A DNA stretch of 63,747 nt, the filler included, from Thraustochytrium aureum (taxonomy: Eukaryota), in the NCBI GenBank assembly GCA_012862495.1. It is 6 parts of 5 records of this genome, joined end to end, with 100 filler letters (N's around TTAATTAATTAA, not from the genome) between each part and the next. Parts side by side here need not be neighbours in the genome. Positions count along the whole stretch, not along the records: positions 59,318 to 63,747 come from BLSG01000249.1; 5 more parts are not named here. One strand, 5' to 3'. Positions 60,872-63,747 of the stretch are shown piece after piece (position 1 is the first letter of the stretch; every line of letters starts with the position of its first letter). The notes under the pieces were generated by a model. The model worked only from the letters and a program-made list of their open reading frames with translations. It was not told the origin of the DNA and did not search any database. The translations under genes and the position numbers were made by a program.

Positions 60872-62688
60872 CTAGACGTCTTCCGAGCGGTCGCAGGTGT
60901 TGATCTGCCCCGACGCCTGCAGCGACGGCACCGGCGGGCTCACCTTGGTCTTGGACGTGGGCGACTTTTGGCCGAACACGACGCTCTTGGCCGCGAGCTT
61001 GACCTTGTTGAGCTTGGATATGAGCGAGCTTGTCGCGCTCGAGGTCTTGGACTCGACCGCCGAAGAGGCTGTGGAAGGGGCCGCCGAAGAGCCCGCTGCC
61101 GAAAAGGCCGCCAAAGCGGCGCCGCGCTCGTCTGTGGCCGGCGAGGGCATCGCCGTCGCGGCGGCCTGCAGCTCGCGCACCGTGAGGCGCGCAGCAACGT
61201 CGTTGTTGGCGTTGGCGTACGCGTCGAGCTGGACCTGCACAAGGCGCTTAAAGTGGCCGACGGTGAGGTTTTTGGCGTGCTCGAACGCAAAGTCGGCGTC
61301 GTCGATGCGCTCGCGCTCAGGCTCGTCGTCAGGGCAGTACAGGGTGGCGAGGTAGCTGTGGCGCAGGGCCTGCTGCACCGTTAGGCGGCGCTCGGGCTCC
61401 CAGGTCAGCAGGCGCGTCACTAGGTCGAGGGCCCGCGGGCAGCAGCCCCGCAGCAAGCTCCGAAGCGGGTAGAGCGGGCGCGGGTACTGGTAGGCCAGGT
61501 TCTTGAGGTACGAGTGCATCTTGGCACTCTTGGCGGCCCGGATCATGCTCTCAGGGGGCGGGCCCAAGATCNNNNNNNNNNNNNNNNNNNNNNNNNNNNN
61601 NNNNNNNNNNNNNNNNNNNNNNNNNNNNNNNNNNNNNNNNNNNNNNNNNNNNNNNNNNNNNNNNNNNNNNNNNNNNNNNNNNNNNNNNNNNNNNNNNNNN
61701 NNNNNNNNNNNNNNNNNNNNNNNNNNNNNNNNNNNNNNNNNNNNNNNNNNNNNNNNNNNNNNNNNNNNNNNNNNNNNNNNNNNNNNNNGATCTCGGCAAA
61801 GCGGCGCAGCAAGTCGTACTGGTCCGCGCCGGGGAAAATCGGCTTGCGCAGCAGCAGCTCTGCCAAGATGCACCCGACGCTAAACATGTCGAGCGGCTTG
61901 CCGTAGGTCCCTGACGAGATGACCACCTCGGGGGCCCGGTACCAGCGCGTCTGGATGTAGTCCGACATGTGGCGCGCGTCCTGCATGCCAGCCTCGTCCA
62001 GTCGCGCGAGGCCAAAGTCGCAAATGCGCAGGTCGCAGTTCGAGTTGACCAGGACGTTGCGCGGCTTGAGGTCGCGGTGCAAGACGCCCGCCGAGTGCAG
62101 GTACAGCAGGCCACGCAAAACCTGGTACAGGAAGAACTGGCAGTGCTCGTTGGTCAGGTGCTGCGGCGACTTGATGATCGTCGTCAGGTCGGTCTCCATG
62201 AGGTCGAACACGGCGTAAATGTCTGTGCTCGTGCCGTCCTGGTTGCTCTTGGACTCTTTGCCGCCCAGGTCGGTGACCTCGTGCGCGATCACGTGCCGCA
62301 GTGGGATGATGTTTTCGTGCTTGAGGAGGCTCAGGAGCTTGAGCTCGCGGTACGTGCGCTTGCACGCCGAGACGCGGTCCAGTGCGCCCTCGATCTTCTT
62401 GATGGCCACGAGGCGTCCGGTTTTCTTGTCTTGTGCAGAGTACACGACACCGTAGGCGCCTTCGCCGATGCGGTCGAGCACGGTGTAGCCCTTGCGGCTC
62501 AGCGAGAACGGCTCGCCGTCCAACTCGCGCTCCTTGGACTCGTCGTCGGCGCCTTGGTCTTGCTCGCTATCCGCATGGTGCGGAATCGATTTGCGGACTT
62601 GCTTGTGCAGCTGCTGTTGCTGTTTCGGCAAAGGCTCTGGCGTCGGGCACGACCCGGCCGACAGGTCATCTTTCGACTCGACGTCCAT
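60872..62688 (-). CDS. Mitogen-activated protein kinase (gap 61572-61788)
   Basis: IGEGAYGVV, VAIKKI, RTYRELKLL, HRDLKPRNVLVNSNCDLRICDFGLAR, TRWYRAPE and ALRHSYL..PDDEP (CD domain). Confidence 0.93.
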
Positions 62689-63379
62689 TCTCCTCGTCTC
62701 CTGCGTGCTCTCCCGCGGGCCGCCGACCCACTTTGCAGCGCACCGAGCCGCTCGGCGACCGTGCGTCCACCGAAGCGAATCGCGGGTCCGCCGTCACTTT
62801 CGTCTCCAACGAGCGTTGCCGACGCCAACGAGCCCCGCGTTTGCGCCGAGGCCGCTCGCTGCCCGCCCTGGCGCAGCTTCAACTTCAGTCGTCGTCGTCG
62901 TCGGCGGCGTCTTCTTCTCCGTCCACTACTCGCTGCACTGGCCCGCTGCGGCGTTTGCTGCGTCGTCTACGGCTGCGTCTTCTGCAGCTGCGTTTTTGGC
63001 AACGCAAGAAACACAAGCTCAACCTCAAAGCAAGGTGGACTCGCATTTACGATCCGTTGTTCCAACCTCCAAATCCTATCCGTTGACGAAAGGCACGCCG
63101 ACGTCCCGCGCCTTATCTCGCGCCAAAACGCAGCCGCTTGGTTTGAGAGGTGGACTGTATTGTAGCGTGGACGCTTGCGCGGGGGTCGGGGAGAGCCGGT
63201 GGAAAGGGCACACGCCGCAATGGAGTTGGCGGAGCTCGACGACAACGCGGCGACGGCCGGGGCTTTGTTGGCTGCCGATGCGGTTGTTCCGATGGCGTTG
63301 GCGCGGCGAGACGCGCCGCGCGCGCTCGCACCTGCCCTCGATTGTCGTTGATGTAGTGCAGAGAAACCTGAGGCAACGC

Positions 63380-63424
63380 GTGCATGCACATAGCATGCAT
63401 GCATGCATTGATGCATGCATGCAT
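63380..63424. repeat. (ATGC)n self-complementary repeat
   Basis: gtgcatgcacatagcatgcatgcatgcattgatgcatgcatgcat seen directly. Confidence 0.8.
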
Positions 63425-63747
63425 CGCTCCCTCGTGCTCTCTGGCGCGCTCGCGCTCGCTCTCTCGGGAGGGCGCCACGGGGGAGGAGGCCCGTTTTTGC
63501 CCTGTTTTTCGCTTTGCCGCTCTCTGCTTGATCGCGCCGGCCTCTCGTTGGAGGTTTCGCTCACGCGATGGGTTGAGCTCAGCCCGTTGAGTGATGCGGC
63601 TTCGAGCGCACCGGCTAGCTTGCGCTTGGATCGCTCAGCCAAGCCGGGCTGTCTCCTGAGCGAGGCAAAGAGAGAGCCCGTCCGAGAGGGTGCGCCTACC
63701 TCAGGCGCGAAATAGGTGGACGGAGAGTCGAGCCTTGGCAAAGCGAG

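Noticed and set aside
1..63747. tRNA, rRNA, snRNA genes, transposons or viral insertions
   Set aside because: By eye I saw no T-arm/cloverleaf, rRNA, transposase, RT, TnpB/Fanzor or capsid motifs. N gaps could hide such elements, and no covariance search was run.

Overview
GC-rich, gene-dense, intron-poor eukaryotic nuclear DNA. It is most consistent with a stramenopile, and a thraustochytrid/labyrinthulomycete is my inference. The window is not one locus: six scaffolds are joined by 100-nt N44-TTAATTAATTAA-N44 spacers, there are many internal N gaps, and single-base homopolymer indels split conserved genes. About 27 protein genes are recognisable. Conserved ones include a WD40 protein, O-fucosyltransferase-like and GT25 glycosyltransferases, two PDI-family proteins, Mpv17/PMP22, an ABCB6/HMT1 transporter, RECQL4, FANCI, a mitochondrial oxodicarboxylate carrier, ubiquitin E1, an M28B peptidase, DDX52, two tandem ammonium transporters, YIPF5 and a MAPK. 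bZIP, bHLH, SWIB, 7TM and Asp-box proteins are also present. I found no RNA genes, CRISPR arrays or mobile elements. The most unusual items are: a polytopic membrane protein carrying chromo-like, RS-rich and WW-like modules (possible lamin-B-receptor analogue); an Asn-to-Val bZIP with a START-like tail; a RECQL4 with GRF zinc finger and SAP domains, preceded by a tandem array of E2F-type sites; an SDY-loop MAPK; and a putatively mitochondrial SWIB protein. All family calls come from motif recognition by eye; no searches were run.
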